Below, in pieces: positions 62,000 through 64,000 of a stretch of DNA of 64,000 bases. Position 1 is the stretch's first letter. The number at the start of each line of letters is the position of its first letter. The position numbers and the translations under genes are program-made. Source of the stretch: Chrysomallon squamiferum (Eukaryota > Animalia > Mollusca); contig CM022665.1 of NCBI GenBank assembly GCA_012295275.1, positions 21,514,001 to 21,578,000 of the forward strand, in the 5' to 3' direction. The notes below the pieces were generated by a model that worked only from the letters and a program-made list of their open reading frames with translations, had not been told where the DNA came from and did no database searches.

Positions 62000-62610
62000 A
62001 CGTTTAATGACATTTCTCTCAAACAGTAGTTAATAGCAACTTCTTGAGAGAAAAAACAACAACGTAGAACCGAATTAATGTTCAAAAAAGAAAAAAAGAA
62101 AGAAAGAAAAAAAAAAAAAAAAAAAAAAAAAAAACTAGAAAAGAAAAGAAAAAGAAAGAAAGAACGGTAAATGAAATATCCTCAAACATACAGTAGTTAA
62201 TAGCACATCATGACGAAATACGTGAAATTGAATTAAAAAAAAAAAAGGAAGAATGAACTTTTAACGACATTTCCTCAAAGTTAATACAGCTTCATGGAGG
62301 AATATGTGAACTGAATTAAAATTAAGCAAAAACAAAAAACAAACAAAAAATTAACTTTTAATGACATTTCCTCAGATTAATAGCAACATCATGAAGAAAT
62401 ATGTAGAACTGAATAAAGTGAAAAAAAATAAAATAATAATAATAATAAATACAAATAAAATAAATATCACTGTTTAACGACATTTCCTCAAACAGTAGTT
62501 AACAGCAACTTCATGAAGAAATATATCTGGACCTGCAGTTTAAAAAAAAAACCCAAAAACCAGAACAATAAAAAACAAAGAATAAAGTTTAACGACATTT
62601 CCTCAAGCGC
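62000..62610. repeat. ~100-120-bp degenerate tandem repeat
   Basis: TTTAA(C/T)GACATTTCCTCAAA..GTTAATAGCAAC, about 6 copies. Confidence 0.7.
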
Positions 62611-62855
62611 ACAATATCAACAACAATATCAGAATTTCGTAAATCTGCCTAAGATGTTTAAAATATGTTTTACTATAAACAACCATTTCCCAGACAGATT
62701 TATAAAACAAGCTGAAGTTAGAAAACGTTCGTCTGGGGACCAGTAAGAGCTCTTGATCAATTAGCTTCGGCGTACTCGTTTTATTATCGCCCGTTCTAGA
62801 CAGTGTTCCTTGAGAGGTTAACGAACACACGTGATATCTCATTTAATGTCTAGAG

Positions 62856-63010
62856 CAGTCATGGGCAAACGTCAGCCCCGCGGCTTTCTGAGAGGTCCGC
62901 CTAATTTCTCAGTGAAATTAACTTTAATTGCCTAAATTAGTACCTGCGGCCCGCATGAGGATGAGCATGTCTCATGTGGCTCACTTCTCGAAAAAGGTTG
63001 CCCATGCCTG
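62856..63010. mobile_element. hAT-Charlie-type MITE (155 bp)
   Basis: TIRs CAGTCATGGGCAAAC / GGTTGCCCATGCCTG; perfect 8-bp TSD GTCTAGAG at 62848-62855 and 63011-63018. Confidence 0.9.
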
Positions 63011-64000
63011 GTCTAGAGCAAAGTGCGCGAGATATGATGTCTCGTCGCTATTGACAGAATGTAGTGGATCTTCTCTGAAGTCTGTCAGAGTTACGAAACG
63101 ACTGATACCCTGCAATCAGTGATGCTGCGATGTGTTTTTGTGATGTTATTAGAAACTTAGCATTCTGCAGTGTCGTTAGGTAAAATCAAATGAATTTAAT
63201 ATTGACTTTTGTTTAACATATTAACGCAACAACAACAATAATGACAACAAAAACATCAATGACAAGAGCAACACCAACAGTAAATAAATAAATGAAAACA
63301 TTAGGAAAGCTCAAGGATATGTGTCTAGCAACAAAACATCCTGGCTTGGCTTACAGATATTGTTTACTTGTGCAGACTGCGATTCTCTTCTTTGTTTTTT
63401 TTTTTTTTTTTTTTTTAAATTTTTGTCTTTGTGTGTGGTAAGAATGGGATAAATTGTGCTGTAGCCAAACAAGATAGGACGTCAGTTCACATCAGACAGT
63501 AAAACAGTCAAGATTACTTTTTATCGTGCAGAAAGCAAACTCGTTTCTTCCCCAAAGTAAATACAGACATTTAAATAAAACTATTCGCTTACGTTTTCCA
63601 GGTTGCTATTTAAACAGTGAATGCCGAACATAACTTGCAAAGGGTTAATAATTCAATCAGCACGGCAGTGATTCAGCAGCAGCGGGGCAACTGCACTATT
63701 ATTTCACATTAGCTTGCGAATTCCAATTTTTATTATTTTTATTTTTATTTTTTATTTTTGTTTCTAGAGTTTTTCTAGAGTTTTCGAATACGAATTATTA
63801 TTATTATTATTATTAGTAGTAGTAGTAGTAGCAGCAGCAGCAGCAGCTGTAGTAGTTCTATTTCAAATAAATGTATGTAAAAACTGGAGGGGGGGTTTAC
63901 ATAGATTTTATCTCAGTACATATTGATTATATGTGTTTCAAAACCCAGTGCAAAGAAACGTAATGATAATCTGTATTTTCATTCAGTGTTTGTGGATGAG

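Overview
AT-rich, microsatellite-rich, intron-containing animal DNA, probably molluscan or otherwise lophotrochozoan judging by protein style. Most supplied ORFs are microsatellite artefacts. Hand-spliced GT-AG exon chains give four genes. (1) A + strand IAP, 5'-truncated by the window edge, with a long acidic 10-aa repeat, two BIR domains and a RING, and a 1-nt frameshift after BIR1. (2) A convergent - strand IAP paralogue with intact BIR exons but a decayed 3' half and a RING split by a 44-bp minisatellite. (3) A complete 11-exon tyrosine hydroxylase (508 aa, - strand, 45589..26033). (4) The 3' part of an arginine kinase with at least two domains (- strand, 61831..54800). The kinase is the most striking feature: it ends in a CaaX prenylation box ([10 protein letters not shown]), and its inter-domain bridge-intron donor (TG/GTAA) overlaps an in-frame stop. 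One locus could therefore encode both a soluble single-domain AK and a lipid-anchored didomain AK. Also present are a Tigger/pogo deletion derivative, a hAT-Charlie MITE, two SINE-like copies, non-coding tandem duplications and many minisatellites.
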